Positions 18,767-27,339 of a stretch of 58,743 nt of DNA are shown here, piece after piece. A model generated the notes under the pieces. That model worked only from the letters and a program-made list of their open reading frames with translations. It did not search any database and was not told the origin of the DNA. Position 1 is the stretch's first letter. Each line of letters opens with the position of its first letter. Made by a program: the position numbers and the translations under genes. This DNA comes from a virus (taxonomy: Duplodnaviria > Caudoviricetes): IMG/VR virus record IMGVR_UViG_3300032293_000861, positions 1 through 58,743 of that record; one strand, given 5' to 3'.

Positions 18767-19150
18767 TCAGGCAAGATCGGCCACGGTGATGCCGTGCTCT
18801 TCCATCATCGCCTTGATCTTGGCGAGCGCTTTATCCTTTGAGCTAGCCTTGACAGTCCCGGATCGCTCCTTGCGCTTCGCACCGTCTTTGTTCGTGGACT
18901 CAAAACCAGAATCCCGGAGCCATCGGTTTAGAATGGATTGTGAGCGAATCTCGCTACCGTCCTCCGTGTTAGTGTTCCACTTCTTAAGTGACTTAAGAGC
19001 TGAATCACGAGAAACGCCAGACTCCCTTGCGGCCACGAGTAGCTCTTTGATGCAATCGGACAAGTAAACGAGCTGATTGTCTCCCTCGCGAATGGAGATG
19101 AAAAGGTTACAAAGTTGCTCGTTCATTTGTGCGTTCATTTGTTTGTTCAT
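18767..19150 (-). CDS. hypothetical protein, first gene of the early operon
   Basis: 127-aa ORF with an A-rich leader; C-terminal IKAMMEEHGITVADL recalls the H-NS oligomerisation segment (weak). Confidence 0.7.
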   Translation of the reverse strand: MNKQMNAQMNEQLCNLFISIREGDNQLVYLSDCIKELLVAARESGVSRDSALKSLKKWNTNTEDGSEIRSQSILNRWLRDSGFESTNKDGAKRKERSGTVKASSKDKALAKIKAMMEEHGITVADLA

Positions 19151-19242
19151 AGTAGTGTCTTTCTTTTCTTTGTTTTTGTTATGTCAGTTAGTGCAACCTT
19201 GCACTACCCTGATCTATACCCTTACGGGAAAGTGACCTAAAA

Positions 19243-19310
19243 CCCTCCCCTCTCTTATATAGGGGAACCATGCACCCCCTCCCCTCTCTTATATAGGGGA
19301 ACCATGCACC
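19243..19310. repeat. 34-bp exact tandem duplication CCCTCCCCTCTCTTATATAGGGGAACCATGCACC at the transcription divergence point
   Basis: Copies at 19243-19276 and 19277-19310; internal CCCCT..AGGGG inverted arms. Confidence 0.9.
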
Positions 19311-19421
19311 CTGTCCCCCGGACCCAGAACCATGAACCACTGTTCAAGAGACCACGCCACGGGTGGGTGCGGCAGCTTTGCTGCGCGCGCGTATACATAT
19401 ATACCTCCAAAGGAAAAAAAT

Positions 19422-19449
19422 TTGACTCCTGCACCGGACCCGCTACCAT
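19422..19449 (+). promoter_or_regulatory. putative sigma70-type promoter (TTGACT-16-TACCAT) with an upstream A-tract; nearly leaderless gene
   Basis: Consensus-like hexamers ending 5 nt before ATG 19455. Confidence 0.45.
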
Positions 19450-19454
19450 GACCC

Positions 19455-19772
19455 ATGACTCAGGAATCAGGAGACAAGGACAGCTACTACGCCCGTAACC
19501 GCAAGGATCGTCTGGCTTATCAAAAGGAATACTATTGGAGAAACAAAGACAAGATCCTAGAAAAGGAGCGTGAAAGGAAAAAAGTTGACGACGAATACAA
19601 GGAGCGAAAACGGGTATATAATGAACACTACTTCGCCACCCATAGGGTTCAGATTTATGAACAGCGGAAGCGCAGGGGTTCAAAATCTGCCCTCATGTAT
19701 TCAAAAAGCAGGGTCAAGGAACCAGAGGGGGTTCAAAAAAATGAACAGGGTTCAAAACTAGCCCCAAACTAG
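19455..19772 (+). CDS. basic, charged hypothetical protein (possibly DNA-binding)
   Basis: YYARNRKDRLAYQKEYYWRNKDKI repeats of the type found in HNH-associated helical segments. Confidence 0.6.
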   Translation: MTQESGDKDSYYARNRKDRLAYQKEYYWRNKDKILEKERERKKVDDEYKERKRVYNEHYFATHRVQIYEQRKRRGSKSALMYSKSRVKEPEGVQKNEQGSKLAPN

Positions 19773-19793
19773 AACTATAAAATACTCATAGCC

Positions 19794-19915
19794 ACTACAC
19801 ACAAACCGACCCCCCCAGTTTAAAAGTCCCCGTAGGGGGTGGGTTACGCTTATACGTATAAGCGTAACCCAGTATTTAGAAAAGACTTTTTATGTAGGGG
19901 GGGTAAAAAACAAAA
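19794..19915 (+). repeat. ~120-bp element, copy 1 of a long-range inverted repeat; contains a perfect 32-bp palindrome (19840-19871)
   Basis: TGGGTTACGCTTATAC|GTATAAGCGTAACCCA; the reverse complement matches 48029-48149. Confidence 0.92.
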
Positions 19916-19940
19916 TATTCACTGACAGCAAGAAACAAAA

Positions 19941-20402
19941 ATGAATACTGATCTGCAAAAAACAAAAATCCACGGACTGCCGGGGTATTATCTGACCGAT
20001 GACGACTTTGTTTTCTCGGACTACTCCAACCGCAAGTTGAGTCGTCGTTGGATCCATCGGGAGTGGCATACGGCTTTGCGAATGCCGGGAGGTCGCCTTC
20101 GCATCATGCCCCACTCCGCCCTGCGTGATCCGAAGTTCAACCCAGACAAGTTCCAGCGCACCCCCTACCCACCTGCTGACTCGCGACCGATCCCCGGATT
20201 CTCCGCATACGTCATTACCCACTGGGGGGCTGTCTGGCGCGTCACGCCCTACCGCAACAACCGATGGGGGAAGCGCACCCCCTTCGCTCTGTCGGAGATC
20301 GAACACCACGGTAGTCGCTACTATCGCATGACTGGGGACAACGGGAAGCTGCGGAGCATCCGCGCCCAGAAGTTGCTGGAGCAAGTCTGGGACGACAAAT
20401 GA
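19941..20402 (+). CDS. protein with two NUMOD4-like repeats and no visible HNH motif
   Basis: KIHGLPGYYLTDDDFVFS and RPIPGFSAYVITHWGAVWR. Confidence 0.55.
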   Translation: MNTDLQKTKIHGLPGYYLTDDDFVFSDYSNRKLSRRWIHREWHTALRMPGGRLRIMPHSALRDPKFNPDKFQRTPYPPADSRPIPGFSAYVITHWGAVWRVTPYRNNRWGKRTPFALSEIEHHGSRYYRMTGDNGKLRSIRAQKLLEQVWDDK

Positions 20403-20438
20403 GCTTTGACTTTGTATTTGACTCGCTTACTGTCACAT

Positions 20439-22691
20439 ATGCTTAACAAGAAGCCCACGGAGGTCGATGCGCTCGATCTGGCAAACCTTGACGAAAAAGG
20501 TAAGCCAGTCGAGACGAGGCTTAGAGACGTAGCCAGTGCCTTGAGCATTTATGCCACGCTCCGGAAAGCTGACGAGAAGTCAGCGATCAATCGCGCCCGT
20601 ATCGATGCAATGTTCGACGGAGCCGCGCCCTACAACGGGGACAAGCTTGTCGCCACAGGGCAGTCGCTCAAGACCAACCTCAACTTCGGTGAGTCCCAGC
20701 GGTTGCTCGACATCTCGCTCTCCGCCTACGTTGACCTCTACTCCAGCTTGGAGACCCTCGTAGAAGTGCGCGGGACGCAGGGCGAGGCGAGCGAGATCAA
20801 ACCGATGGAGGATGTGGTCGCCGATGAGTTGACCCACCTCATGCGTTCATGGCCAGAGTTCCACAGCAGCTACCTGCGCCTCTGCACCATGTTCATCAAA
20901 CACGGAGTGGGGATTGCCTACTTCGATTCCCCAGAGGACTGGCGTTTCCGGGTGGGCGGGTTCACTGACATCTTGATCCCCCGGCAGACTCCTGCGTCGG
21001 AGAATGCCATCGACATCGCAGTCGGTCGCCGGGATTATCTTGTCCATGAACTATTCCACTTTATCCGGAACGAGAAGGCTGCTGCGGCAGTTGGGTGGAA
21101 CGTGGACGAGGTAAAGCGAGTCATCAAACACAACGTCAAGACCACGGGGCGGGGACACCTTGGCAGTGGGTCGCTCTTCACCGACTACGAAGCGGTCCAG
21201 TCGGAACTGAAGAACAACGACCTCTACACCGGAATCCAGAACCCTCAGATTCCAGTCCTGCACTTTTGGATCCGCGAGATGGATGGCACAGTCTCGCACT
21301 ACATCTGCGCGGAGGACAGCCCGAAGGAATTCCTCTACAAGAAGGTCAGTCGCTTTGAGTCGCCGGAACAGGCATACGTCTTGTTCACCTATGGGGTAGG
21401 GACCAACGGAACCTACCACAGCATCCGTGGTCTCGGTCAGCGCATCTTTGCTCACATCCAGACGAGCAACAGGCTGCGCTGCCAGATGATCGATGGAGCG
21501 ATGCTGGGCAGTGCGGTGATGATCCAGCCGGAAACGCAACGCGCCATGGACGAGTTGCAGTTCACCTACTACGGAGCCTACGCGATCCTTTCGCCGGGAG
21601 TGAACATCGTGGAGAAGGCTATCCCGAACCTTGGCAACTCTGTGCGCCCAGCCTTGGATGACCTTACCCAACAGTTGCAACTGAACACGGATACGGTGTC
21701 CACGTATGGGTCGAATCAGAGTTCACCTTACAGGAATCAGATGCAGGTTGTCGCGGACATGGATGTCTCGACCCGTTTGTCCGGTTCCTCGCTCAATCTT
21801 TTCTACACCAGTTGGACCCGACTCCTTCGCGAAGTTGTGCGTCGTGTAGTCGTTGCCAAGAAGAATGACCCCGCCATCAAGGAGTTCTTCCGCCGATGTG
21901 CAGACCGGGGAGTCCCAGAAGCGTTCATCAAGACCCTTGACCTTGCGAAGACCCGTGCGGTTCGTTCTATCGGCAGCGGCAGTTACGCTAACCGTCTAGT
22001 TGCCCTCCGTGAGTTGCAAGGCATCTCAGGGCAGTTTGATGAGATCGGTCGCCGCAACCTTACCCGCGACATCGTAGCGACCCGTGTGGGCCATGACCTC
22101 GCCAACAGGTATGTCCCGGCGAACGAGGAACCCCGTCCGTCCATCGATGTCAAGATCGCCTTCCTTGAGAACCAGCAGTTGAACCAAGGGCAACCTATCC
22201 CGGTCATCGGATCGGAGATGCACGGCACGCACCTCCAGTTGCACGTTCCTGCGCTCAACCAGTTGATCGAGGCGTTGAACACGGGTCAGGCAGACCCGAT
22301 GCAGTCACTCGGTCCTATCCAAGCTTTTTATCAGCACGTTACCGACACGCTCCAGTTCGCTGGACAGGATCCTGCCTTGCAGGGTGCTACTGCCAGTGCC
22401 AAGCAAGTTCTACAATATGCGGAGGAAGTCATCAACAACACGATGAAGTCGCTGGAAAAAATGCAGCGTGACGCAGCCCAGAACCCAGAGGCACAGGGTG
22501 CAGGAACCCCGGCACAGGAATCAGGTGCTGCGCCCATGGACATCAAGATGCAGCAAGCCCAGATCCAGATGGATATCGCACGGCAAAAAGCTGAACTGGA
22601 CATGGAGCTTAAGCAGCGCAAGTTTGAGCAGGAACAAGCAATGCGTGATGCAGAAGCTGCGCTAAAGTTCCGCGAGAACATGGGTGGTTGA
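20439..22691 (+). CDS. portal (head-tail connector) protein
   Basis: ~750 aa, first large gene of the head block ahead of scaffold and capsid, Gln-rich coiled-coil C-terminus; start moved to ATG 20439. Confidence 0.75.
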   Translation: MLNKKPTEVDALDLANLDEKGKPVETRLRDVASALSIYATLRKADEKSAINRARIDAMFDGAAPYNGDKLVATGQSLKTNLNFGESQRLLDISLSAYVDLYSSLETLVEVRGTQGEASEIKPMEDVVADELTHLMRSWPEFHSSYLRLCTMFIKHGVGIAYFDSPEDWRFRVGGFTDILIPRQTPASENAIDIAVGRRDYLVHELFHFIRNEKAAAAVGWNVDEVKRVIKHNVKTTGRGHLGSGSLFTDYEAVQSELKNNDLYTGIQNPQIPVLHFWIREMDGTVSHYICAEDSPKEFLYKKVSRFESPEQAYVLFTYGVGTNGTYHSIRGLGQRIFAHIQTSNRLRCQMIDGAMLGSAVMIQPETQRAMDELQFTYYGAYAILSPGVNIVEKAIPNLGNSVRPALDDLTQQLQLNTDTVSTYGSNQSSPYRNQMQVVADMDVSTRLSGSSLNLFYTSWTRLLREVVRRVVVAKKNDPAIKEFFRRCADRGVPEAFIKTLDLAKTRAVRSIGSGSYANRLVALRELQGISGQFDEIGRRNLTRDIVATRVGHDLANRYVPANEEPRPSIDVKIAFLENQQLNQGQPIPVIGSEMHGTHLQLHVPALNQLIEALNTGQADPMQSLGPIQAFYQHVTDTLQFAGQDPALQGATASAKQVLQYAEEVINNTMKSLEKMQRDAAQNPEAQGAGTPAQESGAAPMDIKMQQAQIQMDIARQKAELDMELKQRKFEQEQAMRDAEAALKFRENMGG

Positions 22692-22698
22692 AGAATTT

Positions 22699-22998
22699 AT
22701 GAACAAAGCAAAAGTCCCCGTAGACATCGAAAAGTGGTTCGCGAATCAGGTAGCGGTTGAGGAACTCAGTAACATCTTGAAGTCGGACGCTTTTCAGCAA
22801 GCGGTCGCTACCTTGAAAGAAGCCTCTGGTCCCTCCTACTCCAGTCTTTCGCAAAGCACGGAACAGAACAACATGCGCTACGCATGGTATGCCGGATACC
22901 GGGATGCTTTCGCGGATCTGGAGAAGCTGACCAAGTTCCGCAGCAGCAAGTCCCAGAACCTTTCCGAAGAGTGGGGTCACATCGACCTTAACAACTGA
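22699..22998 (+). CDS. small hypothetical protein between portal and scaffold
   Basis: 99-aa ORF at a position that is conserved in podovirus head modules. Confidence 0.7.
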   Translation: MNKAKVPVDIEKWFANQVAVEELSNILKSDAFQQAVATLKEASGPSYSSLSQSTEQNNMRYAWYAGYRDAFADLEKLTKFRSSKSQNLSEEWGHIDLNN

Positions 22999-23010
22999 TA
23001 GACAAATAAC

Positions 23011-24225
23011 ATGACTGAAGCACCAACACTAGAAGCACCCGTCGAAGCACCCGCCATCGACAGCCTACCCAACGCAGTTCCCGCAGAAGACGGATTCTCC
23101 TCTGCGGTGGACCGTGCGTTCGGTAGCCTTGAGGCGGTAATGGAGGCTCCTACGAGACCCAGCAAGACCAGCGAAGTTCAAAATACCGTCGAGCCGGGGA
23201 ACGAAGAGACCGACTTTGGGAATGAATCACAAGCAGCCCCTGTAGGTGAAGAATACCCGGAGGACCAACTCGATGCCGATATTGACGATTGGACCCCGAA
23301 GGCTGCAAAGCGATTCAAGCAACTCAAGGACGAGCGCAAGCAATACCGTTCTGAGATCGATGAACTTCGCCAGAAGACTCGGGAATACGAGACGCAGTTG
23401 CAGGAACTCAGCGGCATGGAGTCCGTTGACGAACTGAAGGGTAAGCTCGCAGAATACGAGCAGGAGCGGATGTTCTACAACTTGCAGAACACCGATGCCT
23501 ACAGGCAGGTTGTGGATACCCCCTTGCGGGATACCATTTCCCGTATCGAGGCACTGGGTCAACAGTATGGGCTGAATGTTGAAGGGATCATCGAGATCGC
23601 CTCAGAGGAGACTCCGACCCATGAAGTCCGCTTCAATCCGGACGGCACAACTTACATCCCCAAGGATGTCCGGTTGGAGGAACTGGTGTCCTCCGCCCCT
23701 CTTCGCGTTCAAGCGGAGTTGCTCAACTACGTGCAGCGGGTTGACCAGATCTTCGACCGTCAGGCGGAACTCTACCAGAACGTCGAGGAAGCACTGAACG
23801 AGGCTCAGTATCTGGAGCAGGAGAAGCTCAAGCACGAAGCGTCGAAGGCTGCGGAGCAGCGGAAAGCGGTGACGCAGAACGTCATTGGTCGCCTTGAGGA
23901 AAAGCTTCCGTTCCTCAAAGGGATCGAAGGGCTTGACCTTGGTATGGTCGAGAAGAAGGTCAGCAGCATGAATCCTTACTCGATGCACCTTGTGGACCAG
24001 CAATACAATGCTGTCGTCGCACAGGTCTTCCCGAACCTCATCAAGGATTACGTCTCCCTGCAAAAGGAACTCGACCTCTTGACCGACCGTCTCAGCGAAT
24101 ACGAGGATGCGGAGCCGGGATCGAAGAATGCGTCGAATGGTCGCTCCGCCCCGTTCAAGGGATCCTCTGGAGCTACGGAAGGAAACTTCATCGACCGTGT
24201 CAACGCAGCCCTCGGGTCTCTCTGA
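23011..24225 (+). CDS. capsid scaffolding protein (putative)
   Basis: Acidic, disordered N-terminus plus coiled coils; immediately upstream of the capsid gene. Confidence 0.65.
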   Translation: MTEAPTLEAPVEAPAIDSLPNAVPAEDGFSSAVDRAFGSLEAVMEAPTRPSKTSEVQNTVEPGNEETDFGNESQAAPVGEEYPEDQLDADIDDWTPKAAKRFKQLKDERKQYRSEIDELRQKTREYETQLQELSGMESVDELKGKLAEYEQERMFYNLQNTDAYRQVVDTPLRDTISRIEALGQQYGLNVEGIIEIASEETPTHEVRFNPDGTTYIPKDVRLEELVSSAPLRVQAELLNYVQRVDQIFDRQAELYQNVEEALNEAQYLEQEKLKHEASKAAEQRKAVTQNVIGRLEEKLPFLKGIEGLDLGMVEKKVSSMNPYSMHLVDQQYNAVVAQVFPNLIKDYVSLQKELDLLTDRLSEYEDAEPGSKNASNGRSAPFKGSSGATEGNFIDRVNAALGSL

Positions 24226-24249
24226 GTCCCGGTAGATCAACCCTAAACC

Positions 24250-24293
24250 TGCCAGTATGTTGGGGGAAACTCCACATACTGGCATTTTATTTA
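24250..24293 (+). terminator. Rho-independent terminator after the scaffold gene
   Basis: TGCCAGTATGT...ACATACTGGCA followed by TTTTATTT. Confidence 0.75.
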
Positions 24294-24307
24294 TCTGAAA
24301 TATACCA

Positions 24308-24337
24308 TTGACTGTTATCGGCAACTGTGGTTAACTT
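24308..24337 (+). promoter_or_regulatory. putative promoter for the capsid gene (TTGACT...TAACTT)
   Basis: -35-like and -10-like hexamers just after the terminator. Confidence 0.45.
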
Positions 24338-24346
24338 ATCCATATT

Positions 24347-24480
24347 ACCGTCCCTGTGCAGGTTGCTCTAGCCATCAAATAGTTTTAGCACGGGTCCAGT
24401 AACCAACTTTTAGATCGTCCAACAGACTCGGTTGCTCTAGCCATAAGTAGTTCTAGGAAAGTCGCGGACAAAGAAACGGT
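24347..24480 (+). ncRNA. structured 5' leader of the capsid gene with two copies of GGUUGCUCUAGCCAU-N-UAGUUYUAG
   Basis: Copies start at 24361 and 24430, each enclosed by a different stem; outer ACCGT/ACGGT stem. Confidence 0.5.
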
Positions 24481-24530
24481 TGTGCTTACAATCATTTTTT
24501 ACCCCCAACCAACCTTAACTTTTTATTGAT

Positions 24531-25829
24531 ATGGCTACTTTTGATCTCGCAACTGGCATTTCTGCCGTCAACACGATCCTTGCTGAAGAAGCAAACCGGA
24601 TCAACCAAGACATTTACAACCGGACGCTCCACACTTCCCCGTGGCTCGATCTGATGAAGCAATCGACCTTCCCTGACGGGATGGGTTATCAACTGACCAC
24701 GTTGATCTATGATCGGGCTGTCCCGACCACGGACTCTGCTGGTAATACGGCTGGCGTTACTTGGTCCGCTCTTGGGACGCTTAACGGTGGTGCTAACAAC
24801 TTCACTACCTCGGACCTCAACCAGCCCCTCAAGGATGCTGCGGATGATATCCAAGGTGGTCGTGGCACTGGTAGCTCGGACAAGCGTTCCTACATCCGGT
24901 TCAGCAAGCAACTGAAGAATTACTCCATCGACCGTGCGGTTATCGAATCGCCCCGGATCTCGCTGGAAGACCTCCGCTTTGCCGTCCACCGTCAGGAACA
25001 GCTTCGTGCTGTTATGGACTCCATGACCGAAGCCGTCCGGTATACGTGGGAAAACCGCTACCGCGATGAATTCGCCAAGGTGTGTGATAGCTACGTTGGT
25101 GCAGTTACCACTGGCACTGCGATCCAAAGCGGGTTTGAAGGTGACGCGATCACTGGAACCCTTGACCTTGGTGATGGCACTCCCGCCGCATTCACCGTCC
25201 CGACTGCGAACATCTCTAACGCGATCCTTGACAAGGTCTACTTCAACATGATCCGCAAGGGTTGTGGTTCCGAAGCTTATGGTCGTGAGAACGGTCGCCC
25301 TGTCTTCGGTCTGGTGTGTTCCTCGGAAGCGTCTTACCAACTCTTCACGGAGTCCGGTTTCCGCGACGACGTTCGATACAACAACAGCAAGGTCAGCGAG
25401 CTTATTGCCCCGCTTGGTATCGAGAAGTCGTTCCGTGGTTTCTACCACCTGATCGATGACCTCGCCCCGCGTTTCACGCTCGGCAGCACGGACCAACTTA
25501 CCCGTGTTATGCCTTACACGGTAACCAGCGGTGTCACCACTCAGACTGCTGCTTACGAGACCGCTCCTTACGAGGCTGCGTTCGTCATCCACCCCCATGT
25601 GTGCGAATCCCAGATCCCGAACCCCTTCTCCGGGGCTAGCGGTATCAGCTTCAATCCCGTCAACTATCGTGGCGACTTCAAGTGGACCAACATCCCGAAC
25701 GAAGTCACCAACGCCGATGGGACTATCGGATTCTTCCGTGGTATCCTCGCCAGTGCGATCAAGCCGATCAAGACCGACTTCGGTTACGTGGTCATCTTCA
25801 AGCGCACGGAGAACACTCCCGGAGCCTAA
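24531..25829 (+). CDS. major capsid protein
   Basis: 432 aa, strong codon bias, follows the scaffold gene and is followed by a terminator. Confidence 0.8.
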   Translation: MATFDLATGISAVNTILAEEANRINQDIYNRTLHTSPWLDLMKQSTFPDGMGYQLTTLIYDRAVPTTDSAGNTAGVTWSALGTLNGGANNFTTSDLNQPLKDAADDIQGGRGTGSSDKRSYIRFSKQLKNYSIDRAVIESPRISLEDLRFAVHRQEQLRAVMDSMTEAVRYTWENRYRDEFAKVCDSYVGAVTTGTAIQSGFEGDAITGTLDLGDGTPAAFTVPTANISNAILDKVYFNMIRKGCGSEAYGRENGRPVFGLVCSSEASYQLFTESGFRDDVRYNNSKVSELIAPLGIEKSFRGFYHLIDDLAPRFTLGSTDQLTRVMPYTVTSGVTTQTAAYETAPYEAAFVIHPHVCESQIPNPFSGASGISFNPVNYRGDFKWTNIPNEVTNADGTIGFFRGILASAIKPIKTDFGYVVIFKRTENTPGA

Positions 25830-25831
25830 TT

Positions 25832-25874
25832 AAAAGCCCACCCCGGATCCGCAATGGGTCTGGGGTGGGTTTTC
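25832..25874 (+). terminator. Rho-independent terminator after the capsid gene
   Basis: GCCCACCCCGGATCC-GCAAT-GGGTCTGGGGTGGGT followed by TTT. Confidence 0.75.
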
Positions 25875-25897
25875 GGCAACCTACACACATCCATACC

Positions 25898-26125
25898 ATG
25901 CCCACTCTTGACGACGCACCTATCGTTGAAGTCCTCCTTGGAACCACTAGCCTACTCGCTGGGGATACTACCAGTGCTACGCTGATTGCCCGTGGAGACC
26001 TCGTCCAAGTCTTTGATAGCTCTGAGCAGAAGCCGAAGACGATCACGGTCCAAGAGCTTGGAAAAGCTTTCGGACTCACCTTTAGCTCTAGTAGCTCTAG
26101 CTCTAGCTCTAGCTCCAGTGCCTGA
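25898..26125 (+). CDS. small putative virion/decoration protein with a C-terminal poly-Ser tail (75 aa)
   Basis: MPTLDDAP...GLTF then 12 Ser then Ala; start at ATG 25898. Confidence 0.7.
   Translation: MPTLDDAPIVEVLLGTTSLLAGDTTSATLIARGDLVQVFDSSEQKPKTITVQELGKAFGLTFSSSSSSSSSSSSA
26084..26119 (+). repeat. (AGCTCT)n microsatellite encoding poly-Ser
   Basis: Read directly from the sequence. Confidence 0.9.
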
Positions 26126-26156
26126 TAATCCCTCGGTCAGTAGCATGTAAAGCCTC

Positions 26157-26194
26157 CGATGCCCCCATACCCTGCTACTGGTATGGGGGCATCG
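26157..26194. terminator. strong intergenic hairpin (terminator or processing site)
   Basis: CGATGCCCCCATACC-loop-GGTATGGGGGCATCG; no clear U-tract. Confidence 0.5.
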
Positions 26195-26216
26195 CTACAT
26201 ATAACCCTTTGTTGTT

Positions 26217-26981
26217 ATGGCAGATTCTTACACTACCTTTCGCAATAGCCCTAGAGAATACGCTTTCAAGGACACCACTCGCTTGATGCCTTCGGCGGAC
26301 AACCCTAAAGAATACACTTTTAGGGACGACTCCAGATTTATGCCTAACGCAACTGGTTACTTTAAAGACACCACTCGCGTAATGCCCACTGCCGATGAAG
26401 AGGATGAAGATCCTTTTTCTGAAGCAGAGTATGCAGCAGCAGATGCTGCGGAGGCTGAGATTGTAGCTCGACGCAACCTTCGCCGGGATGACTCAGAAAA
26501 ATTGAAGGCTCTTGTTAAGAAGAAGGCTACTCCTGATATGGGCTACGAACGTCTGTCTATTGACGACGAATACTCTGAGCCATTAGTTGAGCGGCAAACG
26601 AATCGCGAACCTATTAATTATGAGGATGCCGTTGACCAGCGTCTTGAGGAACTTACGGTAAATGATTCTCCATATCCCAATATGGATCAAGCTAGGTCAT
26701 TTGGTGCTATTCAATCGGCTAAGAAACTGCGAGCTGAAGATGAGTATAAAGCTGCTGAAGCTAGGAGACAGATGGAAGTAGAAGAGGGCAACGAAGAAGC
26801 CCCCTCTTATAATCCTGACGAGCTTACGGGAGATTTTCGTAAGATCATGGGGTCTTCTTTCGACCCCAAGTCTAGTGTAGACGCACAGAAAATGGATGTG
26901 CTTCTTCAGTTTAAACAGCAGTATCCTGAGCTTTCCACGAACGCACTTGCCTTGAAAATTTACCGATCCGGCGCACTATGA
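26217..26981 (+). CDS. acidic hypothetical protein with three N-terminal repeats (F-K/R-D-T/D-T/S-R-x-M-P)
   Basis: 254-aa ORF. Confidence 0.75.
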   Translation: MADSYTTFRNSPREYAFKDTTRLMPSADNPKEYTFRDDSRFMPNATGYFKDTTRVMPTADEEDEDPFSEAEYAAADAAEAEIVARRNLRRDDSEKLKALVKKKATPDMGYERLSIDDEYSEPLVERQTNREPINYEDAVDQRLEELTVNDSPYPNMDQARSFGAIQSAKKLRAEDEYKAAEARRQMEVEEGNEEAPSYNPDELTGDFRKIMGSSFDPKSSVDAQKMDVLLQFKQQYPELSTNALALKIYRSGAL

Positions 26982-27337
26982 ACGAATGTTGTGGACCAAT
27001 GCCTGACATGAAGGATCTGGAGATGGCTAAACAGCAACTCCAGAATCTTCATGCTAACGTCATGGACATCCTTGAACACATGGAGGAGTGCCCTACTTGC
27101 CCCCTGCTTAGTCAGGCGTGGGTCCAGTCCAAGCTCACCTTGTCCAATGCTTACGTAGATTCCGTTCGGGACTACGTGGTCAATAGCCACGCAGACGGTC
27201 CCGGATCCCTTAAGTCCATGAAGAAAAGTGGAGTCTATGAGGAAGAAGGCAAAGAGTATGGAGAAGAGGATGACGAAGAATCCATGCAACCCGGAGGGTT
27301 TCTCGTTGCCATTGAACGTGGAATGAAGAAGTATTAG
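26978..27337 (+). CDS. hypothetical protein
   Basis: ATGA overlap; WVQSKLTLS...YVDSVRDY motif is common in phage small proteins. Confidence 0.7.
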   Translation: MNECCGPMPDMKDLEMAKQQLQNLHANVMDILEHMEECPTCPLLSQAWVQSKLTLSNAYVDSVRDYVVNSHADGPGSLKSMKKSGVYEEEGKEYGEEDDEESMQPGGFLVAIERGMKKY

Positions 27338-27339
27338 CC

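Noticed and set aside
19255-19683. 142-aa minus-strand ORF over the divergence region
   Set aside because: It overlaps repeats and the better-supported plus-strand gene, and its composition is not protein-like.
24492-25598. Long antisense ORFs (also 3323-4492, 36760-37740, 37872-39191)
   Set aside because: They are shadows of strongly codon-biased genes on the opposite strand and carry no motifs.
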